Below are positions 27,336 to 36,352 of a DNA stretch of 64,000 bases, one piece after another. A program made the translations under genes and the position numbers. How positions within the stretch are numbered: the first letter of the stretch is position 1; each line of letters opens with the position of its first letter. Under the pieces are notes generated by a model. It had not been told where the DNA came from, searched no databases, and saw only the letters and a program-made list of their open reading frames with translations. The stretch lies in assembly GCA_902561585.1 (NCBI GenBank), contig CACEQK010000003.1:1645-65644 (forward strand), given 5' to 3'. The DNA comes from an uncultured Pelagibacteraceae bacterium. GTDB lineage: Bacteria; Pseudomonadota; Alphaproteobacteria; Pelagibacterales; Pelagibacteraceae.

Positions 27336-27719
27336 ATGAAATTTAAATTTATTTTAATTGCAACTCTATTATTTATGGGCTCAGCGATAGCTGCGGGACA
27401 TATAACAAAAGCTCAAAAAGAAAAAACAATAGAGTGTTTAGGACACTACAGCGCTACAGCTGTTTTGCCTGCAGAAACTATTGAAGTTAAAAATATGGAA
27501 TTAGCTTTAGCTTCGGTAAAAGTAATTAGGGAGTATCTTGCGTCTGAAGGCGTAAAAGAAGATGAAATGAATAAAGGTATGAATGTTTACGTTGATAAAG
27601 TTTATGGCAAGCCTTTTAATAAATCTAAGAATACCGAGTGTAATAAATTTATATATAATCAAATCAAAGGTTCAAAAGAAAAAATTGAGAAACTATCCAG
27701 AACTATTTACGCGGGTTAA
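27336..27719 (+). CDS. Hypothetical secreted protein
   Basis: Signal-peptide-like N-terminus, helical body, two Cys. Confidence 0.6.
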   Translation: MKFKFILIATLLFMGSAIAAGHITKAQKEKTIECLGHYSATAVLPAETIEVKNMELALASVKVIREYLASEGVKEDEMNKGMNVYVDKVYGKPFNKSKNTECNKFIYNQIKGSKEKIEKLSRTIYAG

Positions 27720-27720
27720 T

Positions 27721-28008
27721 ATGAGCGGATACGTTATAGCTAATATAGATGTAAAAAATCATGACGCCTATAAAGAATATGTTGGTAAAGTTGTGCCTAC
27801 AGTTCAAAAATTCGGAGGAGAATACCTTGTACGTGCCGGCGAGTACAAAGTTATAGATGGTGAGTGGAAATACCCTAGAACAGTAGTAATTAAATTTCCA
27901 ACTTATGAAAAAGCTTTAGAGTGGTATGACTCTGAGGAATATAAACCGGTAAAACCAATTCGATTAGCAAATTCAGTTGCTAATGGAATAATAATTAAAG
28001 GAATTTAA
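27721..28008 (+). CDS. DUF1330-family dimeric alpha+beta barrel protein
   Basis: YKEY...V..FGGEYLVR.G....G.W...RTVVIKFP..E.A..WY.SEEY; start at 27721. Confidence 0.85.
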   Translation: MSGYVIANIDVKNHDAYKEYVGKVVPTVQKFGGEYLVRAGEYKVIDGEWKYPRTVVIKFPTYEKALEWYDSEEYKPVKPIRLANSVANGIIIKGI

Positions 28009-28023
28009 ATAAAAGGAAAAAAA

Positions 28024-28314
28024 ATGGAAAAAGAAATGTTAGTACATCTTAAATTCAAAGAGGGCAAATTAGAAACTTTTACTAGCTGGATGCAATCAGA
28101 TGAAGGTATGGGCGTTAGAAAGAGTGTTGCTTACCCAGAAAAAACCGTCGGGGCTATGATTCCTGATAAAAGCGGAATGTTATTTAAAGTTAATGTTCAT
28201 AACGAAGCTGGGATGAAAGAATTTGTAACTGGGAACAATCCTACAGCTAAAGCGATTTACGCAGAATGTGTAGATAGTGCTCAGTTATATGAGCTATCAA
28301 AAATAAATCTATAA
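28024..28314 (+). CDS. Hypothetical ~96-aa protein, probable ferredoxin-like/alpha+beta barrel fold
   Basis: AAGGA RBS; beta-alpha-beta-beta-alpha-beta hydrophobicity pattern. Confidence 0.6.
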   Translation: MEKEMLVHLKFKEGKLETFTSWMQSDEGMGVRKSVAYPEKTVGAMIPDKSGMLFKVNVHNEAGMKEFVTGNNPTAKAIYAECVDSAQLYELSKINL

Positions 28315-28324
28315 AGGAGGAAAA

Positions 28325-28612
28325 ATGAAAAACTACATGGTAACGCATACTTTTAAATCTGCTGAGATGAAAAAAAAGTTTACTGATACAGTGGCTTCTA
28401 TGAAGATGGAAGATATTGTAAAGAGCATGAAAAGTGACAATGCTGCTTGTCAAATGACTTGGAATACGCCAGGAGACACGATGGAGATGTATTGTTGGTG
28501 GAAGGGAAAAGATGAGCAAGCAATTATTAATCAACTAGGTCAAATGAATGATTTTTTTACTCCTCATAAGTTTGTTGAGTGCACAGATCAAGTCATGGAC
28601 TATAACGCATAG
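28325..28612 (+). CDS. Hypothetical Met/Cys-rich protein, DUF4242/SCO4226-like pattern
   Basis: AGGAGG RBS; YMVTH..., MYCWW..D..AI pattern. Confidence 0.55.
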   Translation: MKNYMVTHTFKSAEMKKKFTDTVASMKMEDIVKSMKSDNAACQMTWNTPGDTMEMYCWWKGKDEQAIINQLGQMNDFFTPHKFVECTDQVMDYNA

Positions 28613-28619
28613 GATATTT

Positions 28620-29036
28620 ATGATAGACAAATTTGGAAACGCATTTTATTTAATAATTTACTTAGCACATTTTATTATAGTTGGTAGCTACGCTTACCAA
28701 TTAGTCTTTGATACTAAAAAATTTTTAAAGGGTAGAGGAGTTGATAAAACTGCTACCTTGATTACAAGATTTGCAGGCTCATTCATGATCGCTACTGTTC
28801 TAATGGCAATATATATCGCTTTTATAAGACCAGGTGGTGTAGAGGCTACTTGGGCTTTCTTTAATTTAGTTTTTATAATGAATGTTTCGATATTAGTTGT
28901 AAATTTTTATACATTAAAGATTGATAAAACAGGTTTAACTAAAAAAACTAGAAACGATGGAATATATGCTCCACTCGTTCTTGTTATTATCAGTGCTATA
29001 CTTTGTTACGGTTTGGCAGATAAAATTTACGTTTAA
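28620..29036 (+). CDS. Hypothetical four-TM membrane protein
   Basis: AGGA RBS, ATG at 28620, four hydrophobic segments. Confidence 0.65.
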   Translation: MIDKFGNAFYLIIYLAHFIIVGSYAYQLVFDTKKFLKGRGVDKTATLITRFAGSFMIATVLMAIYIAFIRPGGVEATWAFFNLVFIMNVSILVVNFYTLKIDKTGLTKKTRNDGIYAPLVLVIISAILCYGLADKIYV

Positions 29037-29044
29037 GGAGATAC

Positions 29045-29338
29045 ATGGCAAAGTTTATGAATATTGTTAGATGTAAAGTGAAATCATCTAGCAGAGAAGA
29101 ATATTTGAAAAAAATAGATGAGATGCCAAAGTTTGATGGGCAGATTTCAGCGAAATACGTCGAAACGAAACCAAATGAATTTTTTATGATAGGTGAATGG
29201 AATTCTGAAGATGACATTGCTACAGCAAGACCAAAAATGATTGCATTTTTGGATACGCTTCGGCACACTTTAGAAGAGCTGTCTTCAGATTTAGGAGTAA
29301 CAGATCCTCACTCTGGAACAGTTGTGATCGAGAAATAA
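29045..29338 (+). CDS. ABM-like dimeric alpha+beta barrel protein
   Basis: AAGGAG RBS; MNIVRCKVK...IGEW.SE....AR..MI.FLD..R..LEE...LGVTDP.SG. Confidence 0.65.
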   Translation: MAKFMNIVRCKVKSSSREEYLKKIDEMPKFDGQISAKYVETKPNEFFMIGEWNSEDDIATARPKMIAFLDTLRHTLEELSSDLGVTDPHSGTVVIEK

Positions 29339-29353
29339 GAAAGGAGAAATAAT

Positions 29354-29674
29354 ATGGCAAAGATGTACATTATGGGAAACTATACCGAGAAAGCCTTTCA
29401 AGGTTTTTTAAAAGATCCAAATAGTGACAGAAAAGCAGTAGTTGAAAAACTTGTTAAAGGTGTGGGTGGAACATTACACACTATGGATATTGTAAGAGGC
29501 TCATATGATTTTTGTGTAGTTGCAGATCTTCCTAGTTTTGATGATTTTGCTGCTGTCAAGTTAGTTGTAGAGTCGACTGGAGCTGTAAAAAACTTATCAG
29601 CACTTGAAGCTATAGATTTTGCTAAAGCTACAACAAAAGCTTCAAAAATGTCTTATAAGGCTCCGGGCCAATAA
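29354..29674 (+). CDS. GYD-domain protein
   Basis: GNYT......DR......GG.L.....GSYDF. Confidence 0.8.
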   Translation: MAKMYIMGNYTEKAFQGFLKDPNSDRKAVVEKLVKGVGGTLHTMDIVRGSYDFCVVADLPSFDDFAAVKLVVESTGAVKNLSALEAIDFAKATTKASKMSYKAPGQ

Positions 29675-29698
29675 GAAAAAAAAAAAAAGGAGGTAACA

Positions 29699-30022
29699 AT
29701 GGCTAAATTTTATACATTAGGATGTTACACAGCTAAAGGTCTTGGAGGATTTGTTAGCAATCCTTCTACAGACAGAAAAGCTGCTACATCTGCACTTGCT
29801 GCTTCTGTAGGAGCTAAAGTAACTCAATACTCAGGCCTAAGAGGAAAATATGATTTTATGGCAGTGATTGAAGGAACTTTTGAACAAGCTGCTGCAGCTG
29901 CAATGGTTGCTGTTTCTAGTGGTGCTGTTTCAGATTTTACAATTTTAGAAGATGTAGATCTAAATGAGATAGCTAAAACTGCTCAGAAAATGGCTTCATC
30001 TTATAAAGAGCCAGGAAAATAA
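29699..30022 (+). CDS. GYD-domain protein (paralog)
   Basis: GCYT......DRKA.....G.K.....GKYDF; shares the SYK.PG C-terminus with the previous gene. Confidence 0.8.
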   Translation: MAKFYTLGCYTAKGLGGFVSNPSTDRKAATSALAASVGAKVTQYSGLRGKYDFMAVIEGTFEQAAAAAMVAVSSGAVSDFTILEDVDLNEIAKTAQKMASSYKEPGK

Positions 30023-30033
30023 AGTATTTATTT

Positions 30034-30069
30034 TATCAAACATAGGTTAAAAAAAACCTATGTTTGATA
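30034..30069 (+). terminator. Perfect 15-bp hairpin ending the small-gene array and covering the next ATG
   Basis: TATCAAACATAGGTT-AAAAAA-AACCTATGTTTGATA. Confidence 0.6.
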
Positions 30070-30767
30070 GGCTTAAAAATAAAATTCATATTTTACAAAA
30101 TATCTACTTAAAAAATAAGTATTTTATAAAGAGAAAATCTTACGCAATGGATGGTGAAGATACAGCTATCAGCGTATTTAATAAAAAAAAAGACAAAGGT
30201 TTTTACGTAGATATTGGGGCTCATCATCCGATACAAAGAAACAACACTCATCTTTTATTTAGAAAGGGCTGGGAAGGTATAAACATTGATGTTAATCAAT
30301 TTTCTATTGAACTTTTTAATTTTCTCAGACCAAACGACTTAAACTTACAAATTGCGGTTTCTGATAAGGAAGGAGAAATTTCATTTTTCTATCAAAAAAA
30401 ATTTAGTCAATTAAACACAACTGATAAAGAAGTCGCAAAAGAAAATTTTCAAGGAAATTTTCAAGAAAAAAAAGTAAAATGTCAAACAATTCAAAATATT
30501 TTAGATAACTCCAAATTTAAGAATAAAAGGATTGATTTTTTGAATGTTGATGTAGAGGGCGCTGAGATGAAAGTTTTAAATACTCTAAATTTTGAAATAT
30601 ATGACCCCTCATTAATCTGTATTGAAATATTAGGCTATAGAGAGATGCAATCAGAGCAAAGGGAGAAAGAAATTAAAAATAATCAAATCTATAAATTTTT
30701 AGTAAATAAAGGATATAAAAAAGTTTGGTCAGGCGTTAGTTATTGTAGTCATTTATTTACTAAATGA
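30060..30767 (+). CDS. FkbM-family methyltransferase
   Basis: FYVDIGAHHP...NT...GWEGINID, IDFLNVDVEGAE. Confidence 0.85.
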   Translation: MFDRLKNKIHILQNIYLKNKYFIKRKSYAMDGEDTAISVFNKKKDKGFYVDIGAHHPIQRNNTHLLFRKGWEGINIDVNQFSIELFNFLRPNDLNLQIAVSDKEGEISFFYQKKFSQLNTTDKEVAKENFQGNFQEKKVKCQTIQNILDNSKFKNKRIDFLNVDVEGAEMKVLNTLNFEIYDPSLICIEILGYREMQSEQREKEIKNNQIYKFLVNKGYKKVWSGVSYCSHLFTK

Positions 30768-31463
30768 AATACACTTTAAAGTATCTATAAATTTAATAGT
30801 ATTATTATATTTTAATTCAATCTCATTTAGACCATTATTAATATCTCTCTCTTTTAAATCGAGTAAACAGGAAATATATCTCGATTTTATCATCCATAAA
30901 TATCTCTTTTTTGAAATAGTTACATTAAAATTGAAATAAAAATTTTTAGTTTTTTTTAGATTTTTTTTTATAATCTTAAATAAATACTCATCTCTTTTAA
31001 GACTTTTTTTTAAATTTTTTCTCATTTTTTCAAAACAAGGTATCTTATTATTTTTTGTTTTTAGAGAGAAAATTAATATTTTACCTTTGGTATTTAATCT
31101 TTTTTTTGCAAGATTTAGAAGAAGATTTAAGTTTGTTTTTGAAAAAAAATGAATAGTTTGTTTGATTAGGATTAGATCATATTTATCTTGCCTCTTTAAA
31201 TATTTTAAGGCATCAATTCTCTTAAATTCAATATTCTTTTTAACATCATTATTTGCAATAATATCAATTCCTACGGGTTTATTCTTAAATTTATATTTCT
31301 TTTGAAGAGCACTAATAATGTTTGCTCTTCCACATCCAATATCTAATATTTTAGAATTTTTATTTAAATTACTTTTTCTTTTAAGAAATTTATTAAATTG
31401 AGAGATATACGATTTAGATGATAACCAGGTTTTATTATCCCAGTTTTTAAGTCTTCTCATCAA
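30753..31463 (-). CDS. Class I SAM-dependent methyltransferase
   Basis: ILDIGCGRA, YDLILIKQTIH. Confidence 0.75.
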   Translation of the reverse strand: MMRRLKNWDNKTWLSSKSYISQFNKFLKRKSNLNKNSKILDIGCGRANIISALQKKYKFKNKPVGIDIIANNDVKKNIEFKRIDALKYLKRQDKYDLILIKQTIHFFSKTNLNLLLNLAKKRLNTKGKILIFSLKTKNNKIPCFEKMRKNLKKSLKRDEYLFKIIKKNLKKTKNFYFNFNVTISKKRYLWMIKSRYISCLLDLKERDINNGLNEIELKYNNTIKFIDTLKCISFSK

Positions 31464-32368
31464 AGTGCAACAACAGCAGCAGCCATGGAAGCAAGTCTTG
31501 CTTGAGTATCATCAGCTCTACTTGTAATTACAACAGGAACTTTTCCACCAACTACTACACCAGCTGCGCATGCCCCCATAAAAAAAATCATCATTTTTAC
31601 TAAGGCATTTCCAGTTTCTACGTTTGGAACTAACAGAATATCAGTTTTACCAGCAACTGCATTTTTAATTCCTTTAATTTGAGCAGCTTTTTCAGAAACT
31701 GAATTATCAAAAGCCATTGGACCAAATACATCTGCATTTAAACCCTCTTTTTTTGCTCTTTTAGTAAGCTCACTTGCCTCTTGAGAGCTTGGTACACTAT
31801 CTAAAATTTCCTCAGTGGCTGATAGCACTGATACTTTAGGTTTTCCAATTCCTATCCTATTCGCAAAATCTATCGAATTTTTTAATATATGCATTTTAGT
31901 TTCTAATTTTGGCAATACATTTAATGCCCCATCAGTAATGATAAATGGTTTATCGTTTTTTTCTAAAGTCATATGCCAAATATGACTAAGTCTTTTTTTT
32001 CCTATTAAATTCAAATCTCTTTTTAAAACAGCTTTCATAAGTACATCTGTATGAATATGTCCTTTAACAATTATTTTAACTTTATCTTCACTTGCCAGTT
32101 TTGCTGCAATTGGTGCGGTACTATTTTCATCTGGTTCATTAATAATTTCATATTTAGAAATATCCCAGTTTAATTGCTGAGCATTCTTCTCAATAATTGA
32201 TTTATCTCCTATAAAAACTGGTAGTATTAAATTTGCATCTACAGCTTCTTTTGCTGACTCAATTGAAACTGACTTTACAGCGTTAACTATTACGGCTTTT
32301 GCAGGTCCTTTTGTTTTAGCTATTTTGAGCAAACTTTCAGGGCAAATAATCTCTTTTTTACTAAGCAT
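31460..32368 (-). CDS. pta: Phosphate acetyl/butyryltransferase
   Basis: VKGHIHTD, ITDGALN, GPMAFDN, PNVETGN..K, VITSRAD. Confidence 0.85.
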   Translation of the reverse strand: MLSKKEIICPESLLKIAKTKGPAKAVIVNAVKSVSIESAKEAVDANLILPVFIGDKSIIEKNAQQLNWDISKYEIINEPDENSTAPIAAKLASEDKVKIIVKGHIHTDVLMKAVLKRDLNLIGKKRLSHIWHMTLEKNDKPFIITDGALNVLPKLETKMHILKNSIDFANRIGIGKPKVSVLSATEEILDSVPSSQEASELTKRAKKEGLNADVFGPMAFDNSVSEKAAQIKGIKNAVAGKTDILLVPNVETGNALVKMMIFFMGACAAGVVVGGKVPVVITSRADDTQARLASMAAAVVAL

Positions 32369-32504
32369 TTAATTTTTCCATTTCTTTTAAAATTTTTGGT
32401 GGAATAGATATATCTTTATTTAAATTCTTTTTATACGTCTTATTTTTTCTTTCACCTGGATATAAAATATTTGTAAATCCTTTCGCTTTTGAAAGTTTTT
32501 TCAC
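32361..32504 (-). pseudogene. 47-codon remnant resembling the C-terminus of an Ldh_2 (ComC/AllD-like) dehydrogenase
   Basis: VKKLSKAKGFTNILYPGERKNKTYKKNLNKDISIPPKILKEMEKLNA*; the I.YPGE......GI/DI.I pattern is typical of Ldh_2 C-termini. Confidence 0.5.
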
Positions 32505-33193
32505 TTATATTTCCTCATAGAAGCTTCAGCTAAAATTAAATTTGGGTCCATGAATGTTTTTGAAAACTTAGCTTTCTTAAAAGACTTATAGGCAAAAATC
32601 GCTATTGGCAACTCAGTACAGCCCAAAATGATTTTTTTACAGTTCATTTTTATTAAATAGTTAACTGCAGGTTTAATAGCTCTTTCAGCTTCTTTAGTTT
32701 TACCCATTTTAACGAGTCTTATTGACTTATTTACACTTCTTATTTGAAGCTTTTTATTGGGTGTTACTAATTGATAATTTTTATCGAAGTAGTTATTGTA
32801 AATCCCTGTTTTAATAGTTGCATCTGTAGCTAAAAGGCCGATTTTAGAATTCTTTTTGCAATTTTTTTTCGTATTTAAATATACAATCTCCGGCATATTT
32901 AAAATCGGAATTTTTATTTTTTTTTTAAGATCTTTGTACCAATAATGTGCAGTATTACATGGGATTGATATAAACTTACATTTATTTTTTTGCAAAAACT
33001 TACATCCTTGAACAAGACTTTTTAAGACCTTTTTGTATTTTTTTAGATTTTGTTTTCGATCAGGAATATTAGATTTGTTATATAAAATAAACAAAGGGTA
33101 TTTTTGATCTGCTTTTCCTCTATTTAGTTTTGCAAGCTTTGAACAAAAATCTAAGCCTGCTTGTGTGCCCATGCCACCAAGAATTCCAATCAT
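32501..33193 (-). CDS. Aspartate/glutamate racemase family (CuyB-like candidate)
   Basis: IGILGGMG, IPCNTAH and LGCTEL (two catalytic Cys). Confidence 0.85.
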   Translation of the reverse strand: MIGILGGMGTQAGLDFCSKLAKLNRGKADQKYPLFILYNKSNIPDRKQNLKKYKKVLKSLVQGCKFLQKNKCKFISIPCNTAHYWYKDLKKKIKIPILNMPEIVYLNTKKNCKKNSKIGLLATDATIKTGIYNNYFDKNYQLVTPNKKLQIRSVNKSIRLVKMGKTKEAERAIKPAVNYLIKMNCKKIILGCTELPIAIFAYKSFKKAKFSKTFMDPNLILAEASMRKYK

Positions 33194-33428
33194 AAATTAT
33201 TCAATGGATTAATCCATTCCTAGCCAAGGAATAAATCTAGTCTATTATTTTTTTTAATTGTGATATCAAAAATTAAACCTAATTTAAACATGAAAAATTT
33301 TAAAATTCATATTACTTCATACTAATTATTTTTTTACGACATTTTCCACAAAGCCAAATCCTGGATTATTTAAATTTTTTCGTTATATTTAGATAGCATT
33401 CAAAAAATTACTTTGCTATAATTTAGTT

Positions 33429-34766
33429 ATGAGTACATCATTTCAAAACAAAATACCTAATTCTTTAAATGAACATTGGATGCCGTTTTCATCCAATAAA
33501 GATTTTAAGAAAAATCCTCGTATTATAGTAAAGGCTGAAGGCATTTACTTAAAAACTCACGATGGAAATACCTTAATTGATGGGAGCTCCGGATTGTATT
33601 GTAATCCTCTAGGACATGGACGAAAAGAAATTATTGAAGCAATCAAAAATCAATTAGAAAACCTAGATTATACTATGCCCTTTCAACAAGGCTATGGAGG
33701 TTCGTTTGAATTAGCATCTATGATTGCTCAAAAAACACCAGAAGATTTAAATAGAATTTTTTACACAATTTGTGGATCTACTGCTGTAGAGACAGCAATT
33801 AAAATTGCAGTGGCCTATTTTAGATCTATAGGACAAAATAATAGATTTAAGTTCGTAGGAAGAGAAAGAGGTTATCATGGTATGAATATTGGTGCTTTAA
33901 CGGTTGGCGGTATTCCAAATAATTCAAAAGAATTTAAAAACATTTTAATGCCAGGCGTAGAGCACATGAGACATACTTTTTTACCTGAACATAAGTTTGT
34001 TAAAGGCCAACCTGATACAGGATCTGAGCTAGCAGATGATTTAGAGCTTATTGCTAAAAAATTAGGTGGTGAAAATATAGCCGCATGTATTGTTGAACCA
34101 ATTGCAGGTTCCACTGGTACTTTAATTCCTCCTAAAAATTATTTACAAAAATTGAGAAAAATTTGTGATAATCACGGCATACTTTTAATTTTTGATGAGG
34201 TTGTCACTGGTTGGGGAAGGACAGGGTCAGCGTTCGCAGCCCAAGAATTTAGTGTAACACCTGATATCATAACAATGGCTAAAGCTACAACAAATGGGAT
34301 CGTACCTATGGGAGTGGTAGCAGTAAGAGAAAAAATTTATCAGTCAGTTATGGATGCTTCACCAGATGGAGCAGTTGAATTATTTCATGGGTATACCTAT
34401 TCTGGAATTCCTGTGGCTGTATCAGCAGCTATTGCTGTTCAAAAAATATTTGAAAAAGAAGATATTTTTAACAGAGTAAAACATATCTCAAAGTACTTTG
34501 AGGATGGATTACACTCTCTAAAAGATCTTAATTGTATTGAAAGTATTCGTAATTATGGATTGTTAGGTGGTATTGACATTAAAATGAGAGATAAGCCAGG
34601 TAAAGCAGGATTTAATGTTTATAAGAAATGTTATGATGCAGGAGTAAACATAAAACCAACCGGAGACGCGCTTATAATTGCACCTCCATTTGTCTGCGAA
34701 AAGAGAGATATAGACGAGATTATTGACAAAATACGTCTAGGTATTACAAATCACATTAAATCATAA
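33429..34766 (+). CDS. Class III PLP aminotransferase (omega-amino acid:pyruvate type)
   Basis: HWMPFS, GRERGYHG, EPIAGSTG, LIFDEVVTGWGRTG, PDIITMAK, HGYTYSG. Confidence 0.88.
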   Translation: MSTSFQNKIPNSLNEHWMPFSSNKDFKKNPRIIVKAEGIYLKTHDGNTLIDGSSGLYCNPLGHGRKEIIEAIKNQLENLDYTMPFQQGYGGSFELASMIAQKTPEDLNRIFYTICGSTAVETAIKIAVAYFRSIGQNNRFKFVGRERGYHGMNIGALTVGGIPNNSKEFKNILMPGVEHMRHTFLPEHKFVKGQPDTGSELADDLELIAKKLGGENIAACIVEPIAGSTGTLIPPKNYLQKLRKICDNHGILLIFDEVVTGWGRTGSAFAAQEFSVTPDIITMAKATTNGIVPMGVVAVREKIYQSVMDASPDGAVELFHGYTYSGIPVAVSAAIAVQKIFEKEDIFNRVKHISKYFEDGLHSLKDLNCIESIRNYGLLGGIDIKMRDKPGKAGFNVYKKCYDAGVNIKPTGDALIIAPPFVCEKRDIDEIIDKIRLGITNHIKS

Positions 34767-34865
34767 ATTGATAAGAACCACTCATTTTGGGTCTAAACAC
34801 TTTTACAAGACCATTTTGCTCCTCAAAAACTTTTCAATAGAACTTATTTGTGATTTAATAATTCT

Positions 34866-35048
34866 ATGAGTACTCAATTTAAATTTCACAAAAATACCTC
34901 TGAATTCAACTCTAAGAGCAAGGTAAAAGTCACTGATCTATTATCAAGATTAAATGAGGAGAAAAAAATTGAAAAAAAAAGAAATTTAGCATTGGGTGTA
35001 GCAGCCGTATCAGCGGTCACTGTTTTTGGAATTATATTAACAATTTAA
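34866..35048 (+). CDS. Small protein with C-terminal membrane anchor
   Basis: Charged helix VTDLLSRLNEEKK followed by a C-terminal TM. Confidence 0.55.
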   Translation: MSTQFKFHKNTSEFNSKSKVKVTDLLSRLNEEKKIEKKRNLALGVAAVSAVTVFGIILTI

Positions 35049-35134
35049 TATTTTTTAGCTAAATTTCTAAAAAAATCAGACACATTATATTATTTTTAAT
35101 TTAACAACTTTATACCCATTGGTATAAGGAATTA

Positions 35135-36352
35135 ATGAAATTAAAAAAGTGTAGAATTTGTAAAAAAACAAAAATAAAAACATTATTCTCACTCGGCAAG
35201 CTTTCTTTCACAGGAAAATTTCCATCTATTAACCAACACATTAAAAAAGAACCTGTAACTCTGGTAATTTGCAAAAATTGTGAACTAGTTCAACTCGGGC
35301 ATAGTTTTGATTTAAAGTATTTATATGGCCCGGACTATGGTTATAGAACTGGAATAAATAGAACTATGTTAAATCATGTTAAGCAAATTGTAAAATATTT
35401 ATCAAAAAAATTAAAAATAAAAAAAAATGACTATGTTTTAGATATAGCAAGTAATGATGGATCGTTACTAAATTTTTACAATCAAGATATTAAAACGTTT
35501 GGTATCGATCCTATTTTAGAAAAGTATAAAGAAAATTATCAAAAAATTAATTTTAAAGTTGGAGACTTTTTTTCAGCTAAACAAATAAAAAAAACTACTA
35601 AGAAAAAATTTAAAATTATAACTGCTTTATCTGTTTTTTATGATGCAGCGGATCCAAACAAATTTATAAAAGATGTCAAAGAGTTATTGTCAGAAGAAGG
35701 TATATTTTTATTAGAATTTGCCGACTTAGCATCTATCATTAAAAATAAAATGTTTGATACAATTTGCCACGAACATTTAGAATATTACAGCAGTAAAGTA
35801 ATTTTTAATCTTTGTAAAAAATTTAATCTTAGAGTATTTGACATTAAAAAAAACGATATAAATGGATCAAGCAACCAATATTATATTTGCCATAAAAAAT
35901 CTAAGCATAAAGAAAATTATAAAACTATTAAAAAAGTTTTAGAATTTGAGAAGAAGTTAAATTTATCAAATGAAAAAACATTTAAAAACTTTATTAAATT
36001 AATTAATAATTCAAAAAATAAATTAAATAAATTTTTAAAAAAAAATATTAAACTTGGAAGAAAAATACACGGTTATGGAGCATCAACAAAAGGTAATGTG
36101 TTGCTGCAATATTACAATATTAATAATAAAATGATAAACTATATAGCTGAGAGAAATAAGAACAAATTTAATCTTTATACACCTGGAACAAATATAAAAA
36201 TAATCTCTGAAACTCTATCTCGTTTTTATAAGCCGGACTACTACCTCGTATTACCTTGGCATTTTAAGAACGAAATATTGCTTCGAGAAAAAAAAATAAG
36301 AAAAAAGGGAACAAAATTTATTTTTCCTCTACCTGAATTAAAAATTATTTGA
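35135..36352 (+). CDS. NDP-hexose C-methyltransferase
   Basis: Zn motif CRIC...CKNC.LVQL, LDIASNDG, FDTICHEH, GYGASTKG, LPWHF. Confidence 0.85.
   Translation: MKLKKCRICKKTKIKTLFSLGKLSFTGKFPSINQHIKKEPVTLVICKNCELVQLGHSFDLKYLYGPDYGYRTGINRTMLNHVKQIVKYLSKKLKIKKNDYVLDIASNDGSLLNFYNQDIKTFGIDPILEKYKENYQKINFKVGDFFSAKQIKKTTKKKFKIITALSVFYDAADPNKFIKDVKELLSEEGIFLLEFADLASIIKNKMFDTICHEHLEYYSSKVIFNLCKKFNLRVFDIKKNDINGSSNQYYICHKKSKHKENYKTIKKVLEFEKKLNLSNEKTFKNFIKLINNSKNKLNKFLKKNIKLGRKIHGYGASTKGNVLLQYYNINNKMINYIAERNKNKFNLYTPGTNIKIISETLSRFYKPDYYLVLPWHFKNEILLREKKIRKKGTKFIFPLPELKII

Noticed and set aside
29676-29688. 13-nt poly-A tract as a phase-variation switch
   Set aside because: It is intergenic and upstream of the SD, so a length change would not alter frame or SD spacing. 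A-runs are common in this genome.
27721-30022. Bacterial microcompartment shell operon
   Set aside because: The sizes fit, but I see no BMC-H or BMC-P signature motifs; the sequences match alpha+beta-barrel families instead.
33209-33400. Short minus-strand peptide fragments (TRFIPWLGMD*, RKNLNNPGFGFVENVVKK*) as further gene remnants
   Set aside because: Too short and lacking starts; they cannot be assigned without a database search.
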